A DNA stretch of 30,128 bases from a virus. The stretch spans positions 1 through 30,128 of IMG/VR virus record IMGVR_UViG_3300029905_000019; one strand, given 5' to 3'. Shown here piece after piece: positions 1 through 8,457 of this stretch; the first letter of the stretch is position 1; each line of letters starts with the position of its first letter. The notes beneath the pieces are model-generated. The model was not told the origin of the DNA, ran no database searches, and saw nothing but the letters and a program-made list of their open reading frames with translations. Position numbers and translations under genes: made by a program.

Positions 1-60
1 CCGTACCGCTGGCGAAAGCCTCTCCGTAGAAAGTTTCATTCTCATTCTCTTTAACTGTCG
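1..60. other. G+C-richer edge segment of unresolved nature (truncated gene end or RNA element)
   Basis: The first ~60 nt (ccgtaccgctggcgaaagcc...) are much less AT-rich than the pure A/T tract that follows. They contain a GGC-GAAA-GCC mini hairpin. Several frames stay open to the window edge, so no assignment is possible. Confidence 0.2.
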
Positions 61-61
61 C

Positions 62-131
62 ATTAAATAAAATAATATAATAATATATATTAATAAAATA
101 ATAAATTAAATATTAATATTATAATAATAAT
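62..131. repeat. 70-nt tract made only of A and T (low complexity, DNA-unwinding-element-like)
   Basis: By direct reading there is no G or C between c61 and c132. Confidence 0.6.
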
Positions 132-264
132 CTTAAGTACTAGATACTAGTGATTTTTTATAAATGTTGCCACAACTATGTCCATATCTCAATAAATAGT
201 ATTTTTAGACGATTTAAGACATTTTAAGTTCAAGATGGTATAAACTATCATAAATGAAATATAA

Positions 265-294
265 ATAAAAAAATGGCACTAAAAAGTGCCATTT
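265..294 (-). terminator. Rho-independent terminator after gene 303..764
   Basis: 10-bp stem 271-280/285-294 (aaatggcact/agtgccattt) with an aaaa loop, followed on the minus strand by a U-rich run. Confidence 0.7.
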
Positions 295-302
295 CTGATA
301 TA

Positions 303-764
303 TTAAGATATTGATATTGTTATTTCAGATTCACTTTCAACTATAATATCATATAGTTTTCTGAAGGTACTTGTACTATTAGTTACTTTACCCTTGACAG
401 AATTTGTTCCAACCAAAATGCAACCTGAACTATCTTCTTCATCATTTCCAATATGTATTAATACACCGTCAAAACCGGGTACATTTACTAATCTAGGTAA
501 ATATCCATCACAGAACTTATAAGCAGCATATTTTTTAAAATCACTAAATTTTGGAGATATTATGTCCAAACTTACCTGATATGTTCCTGTTGGAATTGCT
601 GTTTTTCCATATACCTTTATTTTATTAATCTCTTCAAGTGGCATATCCTGTGTCAATCCTCTATCTTTATCTTCCAATGTATCACAGAAATAAGAGCCAT
701 TTATATATAGTTTACCTATTGTATAATCATTACCTTTAAAAATCCTTTTAAGTTCAAGTTTCAT
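303..764 (-). CDS. DUF5675-like protein; candidate peptidoglycan-acting enzyme (endolysin candidate)
   Basis: 153-aa ORF. Motifs IPTGTY, SPKF, LPRLVNVPGFDGVLIHIGNDEEDSSGCILVG match my memory of the DUF5675 family. The His...Gly-Cys pair is reminiscent of Cys/His cell-wall enzymes. It is the last gene of the leftward operon, next to a membrane protein. Confidence 0.5.
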   Translation of the reverse strand: MKLELKRIFKGNDYTIGKLYINGSYFCDTLEDKDRGLTQDMPLEEINKIKVYGKTAIPTGTYQVSLDIISPKFSDFKKYAAYKFCDGYLPRLVNVPGFDGVLIHIGNDEEDSSGCILVGTNSVKGKVTNSTSTFRKLYDIIVESESEITISIS

Positions 765-774
765 TTGTTTTTTA

Positions 775-790
775 TTTATAAAAAATATAT
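775..790 (-). promoter_or_regulatory. Class-B late motif variant (tttataaaaaatatat) upstream of 303..764
   Basis: 16 of 17 match to the motif at 14197 and 17111, lying 11 nt from the start codon at 764. Confidence 0.35.
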
Positions 791-828
791 GTTTATAAAA
801 AACAGTTTATTCAAATAATAAAATACAA

Positions 829-1407
829 ATGGAAATAGAAGTATATAGAGATATTGAAGGTTATGAAGGTCTATATCAAGTTAGTAATTTAGGAAATGTT
901 AAATCATTAAATTATGGTAGAACAGGAAAAGAAAAATTATTAAAATTATATAAAGGAAACAATGGATATTTATATATAACTTTATATAAAAATAAAAAGC
1001 AAAAATTATCTCTAGTACACAGATTAGTAGCGTTAACATTTATTCCAAATCCTAATAATTTAAAGGAAATTAATCATAAAGATGAAAATCCTTTAAACAA
1101 TATGGTTGAAAACCTTGAATGGTGTGATAGGAAATATAATAATACTTATGGAAATAGAATAAAAAAATCAATTCAAACAAGTATAGAAAATAATTCATAT
1201 AATAAAGGTATTGAAATAAGACGGATTAATAATTCATTAAGAGAAAAACCTATTATTCAATATACTAAAAATATGATTGAAGTATGTAGATTTAAATCTA
1301 CTAAAGAAGCTGAACGAAAAACGGGTATTCCACATTCAAATATTTGTTATTGTTTAAAAGGTAAAAGAAATATAGCAGGCGGTTATATTTGGAAATATGC
1401 TATATAA
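829..1407 (+). CDS. HNH homing endonuclease (NUMOD4 - HNH_3 - NUMOD1-like HTH)
   Basis: The N-terminal YEGLYQVSNLGNVKS is a NUMOD4-type motif. HRLVALTF...INHKDENPLNNMVENLEW is the HNH core. The C-terminal STKEAERKTGIPHSNICYCLKGKRNIAGGYIWKYA is the NUMOD1-like DNA-binding tail. It lies on the opposite strand to its neighbours. Confidence 0.85.
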   Translation: MEIEVYRDIEGYEGLYQVSNLGNVKSLNYGRTGKEKLLKLYKGNNGYLYITLYKNKKQKLSLVHRLVALTFIPNPNNLKEINHKDENPLNNMVENLEWCDRKYNNTYGNRIKKSIQTSIENNSYNKGIEIRRINNSLREKPIIQYTKNMIEVCRFKSTKEAERKTGIPHSNICYCLKGKRNIAGGYIWKYAI

Positions 1408-1413
1408 AAATAG

Positions 1414-1432
1414 GGTAGTTTAATTAGCTACC
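1414..1432. terminator. Bidirectional hairpin terminator between convergent genes
   Basis: Stem ggtagtt/agctacc with a 5-nt loop, flanked by A-run and T-run. It sits between the stop at 1407 (+) and the stop at 1441 (-). Confidence 0.55.
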
Positions 1433-1440
1433 AATTTTAT

Positions 1441-2133
1441 TTATTTATCAATTAAACTTATAGTATTTATTGCGGCTGTTCGTAACTGTTTGCCAACAAC
1501 TTCTTTTTTTACTTGGGCTGAATCTGTATATGAAACACCAATTACACCTAGATAATGCTCCTGACCTTTTAATAAAATTAAAGCTATCCAACTCCCATTA
1601 TTTATTTTAATACGACTTGCAAGTCTCTTATCAATATTGGCAAGTTCATCAACTGTTCCATACCAAAATCCATCTTCAAATAACTTTTGTGAAATTGAAA
1701 ATCTTGATAGTGGAACATTTTGATATAATTCAGAAATGTATTCCAAATCATCATTAGATACTTCCTCATAGGTCATATCACCAAAAAGAAATGGCAAACC
1801 ATTTAAGTTATTCGTTCCATTATGAAACTCAATTATATAAGCTCTATTTGCTTTAGTTGTTAATAATAATTTATCTAAAATAATTTGTATCTTAGGTGAT
1901 ATCTCAAGCCTTTTATCAACTTCTTCTGTATGTTTCTTGTCCTTGAATTGCTCATATCTTTCAAGAAAATATGACGGATTTAAAAATATAAATAGTACAG
2001 CTGTACTTACCACTAAAGCAAATAGTCCTTTCAACATATCAATAAAAGAATATTTCTTACTCCAATCCACCGACTTTTGAAATATCCCAAATAAATTTGT
2101 CAAGATATTAATTTTTTGTTCTTGATTCGCCAT
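1441..2133 (-). CDS. Membrane-anchored protein with GAF-like C-terminal domain (function unknown; lysis-region neighbour)
   Basis: 230-aa ORF with one N-terminal hydrophobic helix (GLFALVVSTAVLFIFL). The C-terminal pattern ...SWIALILLKGQEHYLGVIGVSY resembles the last strands of a GAF fold (weak). Confidence 0.4.
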   Translation of the reverse strand: MANQEQKINILTNLFGIFQKSVDWSKKYSFIDMLKGLFALVVSTAVLFIFLNPSYFLERYEQFKDKKHTEEVDKRLEISPKIQIILDKLLLTTKANRAYIIEFHNGTNNLNGLPFLFGDMTYEEVSNDDLEYISELYQNVPLSRFSISQKLFEDGFWYGTVDELANIDKRLASRIKINNGSWIALILLKGQEHYLGVIGVSYTDSAQVKKEVVGKQLRTAAINTISLIDK

Positions 2134-2174
2134 CTTACCATCTTAATCTTTTTTCTTTTTATTTTTTTTGTTCT

Positions 2175-2591
2175 TTACTCATAGCATTCACCCATATTAT
2201 CAGTTTCAATTTGAACTACTGCAAATGCACCCGCACACTCATCAGCAAATCTTTGTAAAAATGTGGTAACTTGAATTGGAAAGTTTATTGAAACATCAGG
2301 ATATAATGAATTAAATTCATTAATAATATCCTTTAATATAGTTATTCCATCACTTTTTATTTTTAACTCATTGTCCTTATCTGCAGTTAATCTATCTACA
2401 TAAAATAGATTTAATGAATATGTATTCGTATCAATGTCAATATTATGTGTATTTTCAGTTATGAAAAATACCGAATATGCAATATCAGGTGTTGAATTAA
2501 GTTTATAAATATCACCGTCACCAACATAATTTATATTATTTTTGGTGATAGCTATATTTTTTAAATTATCTATAACTTCATATAATGTCAT
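2175..2591 (-). CDS. Hypothetical virion-module protein
   Basis: 138-aa ORF tightly packed in the structural operon. No motif recognised. Confidence 0.5.
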   Translation of the reverse strand: MTLYEVIDNLKNIAITKNNINYVGDGDIYKLNSTPDIAYSVFFITENTHNIDIDTNTYSLNLFYVDRLTADKDNELKIKSDGITILKDIINEFNSLYPDVSINFPIQVTTFLQRFADECAGAFAVVQIETDNMGECYE

Positions 2592-2602
2592 ATATCAAGA
2601 TA

Positions 2603-3220
2603 TTATTTTTTATTATTAGAGCTTGGAAAATTATATTTATATTTCAGATAATCGCCTTTATTGATAGGGTAGAATGATTTAGAACGGGCACCACCTAACC
2701 AAATAGGACATCCTGCAGCACTATATAGATTCTGCCTTAAATCCTCAATTCCTTTATATGAAAGTAGTTCAGGGAATTGTGAATAATTTTCAACTACATA
2801 TAACTGCATTCTGTACTTATAATAATTAGCATAGTGTCTATAGTAGTTTTTAACTTGTCCTACTTCAGCAAATGACACTGAATATTGTTTTTCATCATCA
2901 GTTCTACTTACTCCAAAATTATTTAGCTTAAAGCTTATTTGAAGTGTAAGATTAGATATTACTGTATAACATAGAAACGGCTGCACATAGTTATTTAATA
3001 GGTCAGCATAATATTCATTACCTTTTGATTCAACCTGATTTGAAAATACAAGCTGTTGAAGTTTGTGAACTAATGCCGTTCCTAGCGTCTCTTCCAATTC
3101 AATATCCTGTGCTAATTTGATAGCGGGTAATATATAGTCTCCTGCAGTATTATCTGATATATTTGAAGTCGTTTTTATATAATCTTCACTTATTAATAAA
3201 ACATCTCTAAATGTTGCCAT
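2603..3220 (-). CDS. Putative head-tail connector (gp6-like N-terminus)
   Basis: 205-aa ORF immediately downstream of the portal. The N-terminal LLISEDYIKTTSNISDNTAGDYILPAIKLAQDIELEETLG resembles the gp6-like connector signature. It is preceded by the late motif at 3227-3241. Confidence 0.4.
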   Translation of the reverse strand: MATFRDVLLISEDYIKTTSNISDNTAGDYILPAIKLAQDIELEETLGTALVHKLQQLVFSNQVESKGNEYYADLLNNYVQPFLCYTVISNLTLQISFKLNNFGVSRTDDEKQYSVSFAEVGQVKNYYRHYANYYKYRMQLYVVENYSQFPELLSYKGIEDLRQNLYSAAGCPIWLGGARSKSFYPINKGDYLKYKYNFPSSNNKK

Positions 3221-3226
3221 ATTATT

Positions 3227-3241
3227 TTTTAATAAAATATA
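3227..3241 (-). promoter_or_regulatory. Class-A late motif TTTTAATAAAATATA (gene sense TATATTTTATTAAAA)
   Basis: Exact 15-mer, with 10 nt between its core and the ATG at 3220. Confidence 0.55.
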
Positions 3242-3261
3242 TTATACTATTGATAAGTTCA

Positions 3262-3292
3262 TAAAAAAAGGACTGATTTTTATTCAGTCCTT
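3262..3292 (-). terminator. Rho-independent terminator overlapping the portal stop codon
   Basis: Stem 3269-3276/3284-3291 (aggactga/tcagtcct), followed by a U-run on the minus strand. The stop codon 3280-3282 lies in the loop. Confidence 0.65.
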
Positions 3293-4386
3293 GTTATTTC
3301 AGTTTTATCTGATTGTTCTAAACTAAATGGCCTAATAGATATTGAATCTTTTGTATTAAATATCTTATCAAAAGATTTTATAATATTTTTCTGTACAGGT
3401 TGAATAACAGTTCTATTAAATAGTTTAAATGCATCTGCATATTCCTGCGAATTGAACCCTGTCGTTTGGTCAGGGTAGCCAATTAAATTAGGGGTGCATC
3501 TAAAAGCCACAAATAATTGAGATTTTGAACGTTCTGAAAGTGCCGTATATCTTTCATCAAAATCATCTTGTGATAAATCAGATACCGTTGCAGCATTATC
3601 AGCGTTTTCATTAAAAATTATCATTAGTCTACCTGCATTGTCTTTGCCGCTGAACTTTTCATTAATATTTTTTTCAATTTCTTCTTTTAAATTGTCGTCG
3701 GGAACACCGTTGTTCAAATTGATAATTTTACTTGTTAAAAAGTTATTATTAATTTCATTTAGATGAAACTCATTTATACTTTTTTCAATTTCTGCTGCAA
3801 TTACAGAACTTTCCCAAATTGGATTGCCATATGTAGTTATAGCGGTATTATCCTTGAAATAAAAAATACTTGTAGCATTTTCATCCCCAAATTGATATTT
3901 GGGATAAACTATATATTTAACCCTGCCATATGATTTTGACCAATCATCACTATAAAAAAATACGCTGTTATCTTCGTTGCTTCTCAATCTCAATATTGGT
4001 ATATGATATAATTCTGTGATATTACCTAAAAAGTCTTTAATAACCTGTATTGCAAAACTTCCAAATATCCAATAATCCAAAGATATTTTATCTATCAGGT
4101 CATCAATAGTTTCACCCTTTTCATTTATAGTGAAACTTAAAGACTGAATATTACAAATTACGCCGTTTCCCTTTGTATAATCACTGCAGGCATTTATGAT
4201 ACTTCCAAGTGTTGGTACTTTTTTATATAAAGAATATAAATAGTTTGGATATGCATTATCTTCACCCCAACTAATGAAGTCTTTGCCACTTATTTTTTTC
4301 TCTACGTTCTCAACAATATTTGTTGTTAGATATGGGTCTAATGCTGCAAATGCGACTTTTATATTACTTGTATTATTGTTTTCCAT
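3280..4386 (-). CDS. Portal protein (putative)
   Basis: 368-aa ORF. The N-terminal WGEDNAYPNYLYSLYKKVPTLGSIINACSDYTKGNG and the later FHLNEINNNFLTSKIINLNNG...GKDNAGRLMIIF...LFVAFRCTPNLIG follow the pattern I associate with small HK97-type portals. Confidence 0.6.
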   Translation of the reverse strand: MENNNTSNIKVAFAALDPYLTTNIVENVEKKISGKDFISWGEDNAYPNYLYSLYKKVPTLGSIINACSDYTKGNGVICNIQSLSFTINEKGETIDDLIDKISLDYWIFGSFAIQVIKDFLGNITELYHIPILRLRSNEDNSVFFYSDDWSKSYGRVKYIVYPKYQFGDENATSIFYFKDNTAITTYGNPIWESSVIAAEIEKSINEFHLNEINNNFLTSKIINLNNGVPDDNLKEEIEKNINEKFSGKDNAGRLMIIFNENADNAATVSDLSQDDFDERYTALSERSKSQLFVAFRCTPNLIGYPDQTTGFNSQEYADAFKLFNRTVIQPVQKNIIKSFDKIFNTKDSISIRPFSLEQSDKTEITRTE

Positions 4387-4780
4387 ATTGTATAAAATTT
4401 TGTGATTTATTATATGAAGTTGAATTTGAGGTATAGTTACCTATCCTTACTAATTCTGTGCATATTATATCAATTGGTTCTTGATATTCTGTATCTGAAC
4501 TAACCAATAAAATATTATCTTTATTTAGTAAAATATTGGTCTTACAAATAAGAATATATTTGTTAGTTGATATTGTACTTTTTTTAACATTATTTTGATT
4601 AATGACAATAGGTAAATTATCAGGATTTTCAATTAAATATAATTTATATTCTCCATCAGGTAATTTTGATACATCTATATCAAAAGAATAATATATACTA
4701 CTATCATCCGCTGTATTTTCAGTAGTATATGTATATATAGTTTTATCAACAGTATTTTGCAAAATGATTGAATATTGCAT
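4373..4780 (-). CDS. Hypothetical structural-module protein
   Basis: 135-aa ORF with a 14-nt overlap onto the portal start. Confidence 0.5.
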   Translation of the reverse strand: MQYSIILQNTVDKTIYTYTTENTADDSSIYYSFDIDVSKLPDGEYKLYLIENPDNLPIVINQNNVKKSTISTNKYILICKTNILLNKDNILLVSSDTEYQEPIDIICTELVRIGNYTSNSTSYNKSQNFIQYGKQ

Positions 4781-4833
4781 AAAGTTTAGTTTATTTTAAA
4801 TATAATTTAGGGTAAATATGTACCAAAATGACA

Positions 4834-4864
4834 TAAAAAAAGGTTATCTTTAAATAAGATAACC
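4834..4864 (-). terminator. Rho-independent terminator after fibre gene 4889..6352
   Basis: 9-bp stem 4842-4850/4856-4864 (ggttatctt/aagataacc) followed by a U-run on the minus strand. Confidence 0.65.
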
Positions 4865-4888
4865 CAAACTATTAGATATGTATTTAAA

Positions 4889-6352
4889 CTATGCTAATAT
4901 CCAATTCTTATTTGTTGCTACCGCTTTTTGCTCTTCAGATAATTTTGCAAGATTAGTACTACCTAAAGTTAATGTTTTACTTGATTGTCCTGTAAGGTCA
5001 ACAAGAACTGATATTACATTAACAAGACTATCTACTGTAATAATATCAGAATATGATAATCTTAAATCACAATTTAATGTACCTGTTAAAGTTATATTTG
5101 TTAATTGGCCGCAAGAAGTAAACATACCATCAGCACTTCTTAAACTTGATAAATCACTTGTAAATGAAGTTAATTTATAATTATATTGAAACATATAATT
5201 AGAAACTTCTAATAGTGGCATATTACTTGTAAATGTTTCTAATTTAGAACAGCTGCTAAACATTCTATTTGCAAATATTACATTTGGTAAATCAGTATCC
5301 CAACTTGCTAATTTGTTACACCCACTAAACATATCGTTGCCATTAGTTAATTTTGGTAAATCAATATTCCAACTCGTTAAACTAGTACAACTATCAAACA
5401 TACTTCCGCCTTCTTCTAAATTAGGTAATGCCGTATTAAAATCTTTTAAATAATAGCAATTATAAAACATACCATTTCCTTTAACTAATTTATCTAAATT
5501 AGTAGTTTGAAATGATGATAAATTAGATTGATAGAATAGTCCATAAGTTAAATTAGATGAAGTGGAATTACCATTTTCAATTAGATTTGATAAATCACCT
5601 GAAAATGTTTGTAATTTTGAAAAATTAAATAATCCTTTTGCATATTGTAAATTAGTTAAATTATTGTTAAAACTTGCTATATTACTAAATTGACATTTAA
5701 AATCTCCACTAGTTAATTTTTCCCATCCTGTAACAAAAGATGGAACTTCTGTTAGTGTACTATATGATAAACTTACATAAGGTAATGATATGTCATATGT
5801 AGTAGGAGGATTAGATATTGATACACTAATATCAACTTTACTTAATCCATCATATTCACTATCAGGTGTTACAGATGATTGACCATTTTGTGATATACTT
5901 ACTGATTTTTCTTGTAACGTTGGTGATGGGGTAGGTACATTAACTGATATAGTACCACCACTTATACCACCAAATCCCGAATCAGGAGATATTACAGTAT
6001 TACCATTGGTTACTATACTATAATCTTTGGATTGTAGTTGTGGAATAGGTACATTAACACTAATAGTACCACCTGTAATGCCGTCATAACCTTCATCAAC
6101 AGTTATTGTAGTATTTCCATTACTTGTAATATTATAATTCTTGGATTGTGAAGTATATGTTGGAATAGGTACAGCAACATTTATTGAAACTTCTGAAAGT
6201 CCATCATATTCAGCATCAGGTGATACTGTAGATGGTCCATTTTCAGTAATTTCAACTGATTTTTCTTGTGTTTTATATTCGGGGCAAGGTGGACAAATAC
6301 CACCACTACCCGCAAAATTTATTTTACTTATATTTATTTCCATATATTTCAA
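4889..6352 (-). CDS. Tail fibre / receptor-binding protein: four ~39-aa beta repeats plus BspA/DUF285-type leucine-rich repeats
   Basis: 487 aa. Four repeats of the type I(T/S)xNGxxx(V/I)xPDxxYDG(L/I)SxVxIxVxVP. These are followed by ~24-aa repeats of the type GMFxxCxxLxSFxxDLxxL, and then a C-terminal tail shared with 6975..7829. Confidence 0.7.
   Translation of the reverse strand: MKYMEINISKINFAGSGGICPPCPEYKTQEKSVEITENGPSTVSPDAEYDGLSEVSINVAVPIPTYTSQSKNYNITSNGNTTITVDEGYDGITGGTISVNVPIPQLQSKDYSIVTNGNTVISPDSGFGGISGGTISVNVPTPSPTLQEKSVSISQNGQSSVTPDSEYDGLSKVDISVSISNPPTTYDISLPYVSLSYSTLTEVPSFVTGWEKLTSGDFKCQFSNIASFNNNLTNLQYAKGLFNFSKLQTFSGDLSNLIENGNSTSSNLTYGLFYQSNLSSFQTTNLDKLVKGNGMFYNCYYLKDFNTALPNLEEGGSMFDSCTSLTSWNIDLPKLTNGNDMFSGCNKLASWDTDLPNVIFANRMFSSCSKLETFTSNMPLLEVSNYMFQYNYKLTSFTSDLSSLRSADGMFTSCGQLTNITLTGTLNCDLRLSYSDIITVDSLVNVISVLVDLTGQSSKTLTLGSTNLAKLSEEQKAVATNKNWILA
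4895..5040. repeat. Copy 1 of ~146-nt direct repeat (3' ends of the two fibre genes)
   Basis: Aligns without gaps to 6981-7126 at an offset of 2086, including a 39-nt exact run 5002-5040 = 7088-7126. Confidence 0.85.
5816..6268 (-). repeat. Four tandem ~39-aa coding repeats in the fibre N-terminal half
   Basis: The NG dipeptide recurs at residues 38, 78, 116 and 156 with conserved flanks. Confidence 0.7.
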
Positions 6353-6370
6353 TGATTTAATAGTTATTAA

Positions 6371-6610
6371 TTAAAGTAATACAGTAATAGTATCACTTAT
6401 GCCGCTAATTTTGAAATATGTACCCGGTGTAGCTCCATTTACAACTAATAAATCATTCCCTGAAATATTTGAAGTGCTGCCATCGGTATATGTATAGTAT
6501 GTAACACCATCTACAGAATATGATAGGGTATATGTACCTGCAGGAAGCTGCGCAGTAAATGAACTATTTAAGCATTGAAAAGGCTGATTGTTTGATATTA
6601 TTTTTTTCAT
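6371..6610 (-). CDS. Small beta-rich hypothetical protein (fibre module)
   Basis: 79-aa ORF with Gly/Thr/Ser/Tyr-rich composition, lying between the two fibre genes. Confidence 0.5.
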   Translation of the reverse strand: MKKIISNNQPFQCLNSSFTAQLPAGTYTLSYSVDGVTYYTYTDGSTSNISGNDLLVVNGATPGTYFKISGISDTITVLL

Positions 6611-6680
6611 TTCTTATCTAATTTTGGTTTAATTATTTTGATATTTGCAATATTTGCTTTATCGGCTATTATTATCATAG

Positions 6681-6929
6681 TTATATCATTTTTTTAAGAT
6701 TTTCAGATTCTTTTCTTTCGAAATATTCTTTTTGCTCAGCAACATATTTATCATATTCTGCTTTATCAATTTCTCTAAAAATTGAAGTATCAAAATCCTT
6801 TGGACAATATGTAATGGTTGTTGCATAAAATGATTCAATATCATCACCTTCTCTATATTTGGTAATGTATTTATTTGTATCACTTTCTATTTTTATGAAT
6901 TTTAATTCATCGTTATTTGTTATTTTCAT
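6681..6929 (-). CDS. Small acidic hypothetical protein (fibre module)
   Basis: 82-aa ORF. The overlapping 6686..6883 ORF in another frame has a low-complexity Ile/Leu/Lys/Gln-rich composition and is taken as spurious. Confidence 0.5.
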   Translation of the reverse strand: MKITNNDELKFIKIESDTNKYITKYREGDDIESFYATTITYCPKDFDTSIFREIDKAEYDKYVAEQKEYFERKESENLKKMI

Positions 6930-6974
6930 ACTTATTTTTTTATTAAATATATTATTATTGATATTAGTATATTG

Positions 6975-7829
6975 TTAAGATAATATCCAATTCTTATTAG
7001 TCGCTACCGCTTTTTGTTCATCAGTTAGTTTTGCAAGATTGGTACTACCTAAAATTAATGTTTTACTACTTTGTCCTGTTAAATCAGCAAGAACTGATAT
7101 TACATTAACAAGACTATCTACTGTAAGATTAGTAGAAACTGATAAATTAAAATTATCACAATTTAAAGTGCCACTTAAAGTAAAGTTTTCAAGTGCTGTA
7201 CAACCACTAAACATAGTATTGTCTGAATAAAGGGGTGTTTCTGTTAAATTAGATAAATTACTAATAAATGTTTGTAAGTTACTACATCCTTGAAACATAC
7301 TTAATCCATTATTTAAATTAGGTAAATCTATATTCCAATTAGTTAAACCAATGCAATATAGAAACATATTAGTACCATTAGTTAATGATGATAAATCACT
7401 TGAAAAATTAATTAATTGTGAACATCTTGCAAACATTACAGTACCAGTTGTTAGATTTGTTAAATTGCTTGTAAAATTTGTTAAACTTGTACAATTCTTA
7501 AATCCGGTATAACATACAATGTTACCACTTTCATAAGTACTTCCACCGCCAATTGTTGTTGCTGAACTATTTCCAAATTGTGTAGAAGTAGTTATATTTG
7601 AAAAATCATAACTATCATTAATAGTTGTAATATTATTATTAAATACTAAAACGTCACTTCCTACAACTGCTTTTTGAATAGTTCCACCTGTTTCAATTTC
7701 ACCTATTTTATCTGCATAACTTGCAAAAGAATCACTATCAGATACTGAAACACCTTTTTCAATTATGGCATTTTTGATAGCTGATTTTGTGCTTTGTAAT
7801 AAATCTAAATTTTCTTGAATTGTTGCCAT
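6975..7829 (-). CDS. Second BspA/DUF285-type LRR tail fibre protein
   Basis: 284 aa. N-terminal [29 protein letters not shown] units (MFxxCxxLxNFxSxLSxLTxG), and a C-terminal ~45 aa nearly identical to that of 4889..6352. Confidence 0.7.
   Translation of the reverse strand: MATIQENLDLLQSTKSAIKNAIIEKGVSVSDSDSFASYADKIGEIETGGTIQKAVVGSDVLVFNNNITTINDSYDFSNITTSTQFGNSSATTIGGGSTYESGNIVCYTGFKNCTSLTNFTSNLTNLTTGTVMFARCSQLINFSSDLSSLTNGTNMFLYCIGLTNWNIDLPNLNNGLSMFQGCSNLQTFISNLSNLTETPLYSDNTMFSGCTALENFTLSGTLNCDNFNLSVSTNLTVDSLVNVISVLADLTGQSSKTLILGSTNLAKLTDEQKAVATNKNWILS
6981..7126. repeat. Copy 2 of ~146-nt direct repeat (3' ends of the two fibre genes)
   Basis: See 4895-5040. Confidence 0.85.
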
Positions 7830-7831
7830 AA

Positions 7832-8374
7832 TTATCCATTTATTTCAGTTAATGTATTATTAATATTGCCAATAGTCGCATTAATACTATTTATAGATGC
7901 GGCTATTACTTTGTTTTGTACTGGATTTTCAGAAGTAGTTGATAATTCAGAATCTACTGTAACAGTTGCATCACTTCCAGCTGGTCCTGTTGGTCCCATT
8001 GGTCCTTGTGGACCTGTATCACCTTTAGGTCCTGTTTCACCTTGTGGTCCTGTTTCACCTTGTGGTCCTGTTGGTCCTTGTGGTCCTTGTGGTCCTTGTG
8101 GTCCTGTAGGACCTACTGCGCCATCTTTACCATCTGCTCCAGCTGGTCCTGTTGGTCCCATTGGTCCTTGTGGTCCTTGTGGTCCTGTTTCACCTTGTGG
8201 TCCTGTTGGTCCCATTGGTCCCTGCGGTCCTGTTTCACCTTGAGGTCCCTGTGGACCTGTAATGCCTGATATTTGGCTAATTATTATATCATTATTTTCA
8301 TCAAGTCCAACAACATTTTTTAGTTGTTCACTTGGTGATATTGGTAATGTACTTAAATCTATGTAATTTGCCAT
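7832..8374 (-). CDS. Collagen-like tail fibre protein
   Basis: 180 aa with about 33 uninterrupted Gly-X-Y triplets ([19 protein letters not shown]...). Its stop is 2 nt from the start of the LRR fibre gene. Confidence 0.9.
   Translation of the reverse strand: MANYIDLSTLPISPSEQLKNVVGLDENNDIIISQISGITGPQGPQGETGPQGPMGPTGPQGETGPQGPQGPMGPTGPAGADGKDGAVGPTGPQGPQGPQGPTGPQGETGPQGETGPKGDTGPQGPMGPTGPAGSDATVTVDSELSTTSENPVQNKVIAASINSINATIGNINNTLTEING
7970..8266 (-). repeat. Gly-X-Y triplet-repeat coding region
   Basis: 9-nt periodic ggtcc(t/c)tgt/ggacc units on the plus strand. Confidence 0.9.
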
Positions 8375-8385
8375 TTTATTTTATT

Positions 8386-8400
8386 TTTTAATAAAATATA
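8386..8400 (-). promoter_or_regulatory. Class-A late motif TTTTAATAAAATATA
   Basis: Exact 15-mer, with 15 nt between its core and the ATG at 8374. Confidence 0.55.
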
Positions 8401-8430
8401 AAAAAATAAACCGCAGTTTATTTGCGGTTT
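8401..8430 (-). terminator. Rho-independent terminator after 8458..8982
   Basis: 8-bp stem aaaccgca/tgcggttt (8408-8415/8423-8430) followed by a U-run on the minus strand. Confidence 0.7.
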
Positions 8431-8457
8431 ATTCTTACTTAAAGATTATTATATTAA

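Noticed and set aside
4889-7829. Diversity-generating retroelement acting on the duplicated fibre 3' ends
   Set aside because: No reverse transcriptase gene exists in the window. The two repeat copies differ by scattered substitutions of all kinds rather than adenine-specific changes.
7815-8269. Plus-strand ORFs 7815..8243 (142 aa, CGPVGP-rich) and 8006..8269 (87 aa, WSLWS-rich)
   Set aside because: They are antisense or shifted readings of the Gly-X-Y triplet repeat of the collagen-like gene. The periodic repeat keeps several frames open. The minus-strand frame gives a canonical collagen sequence with normal flanking domains.
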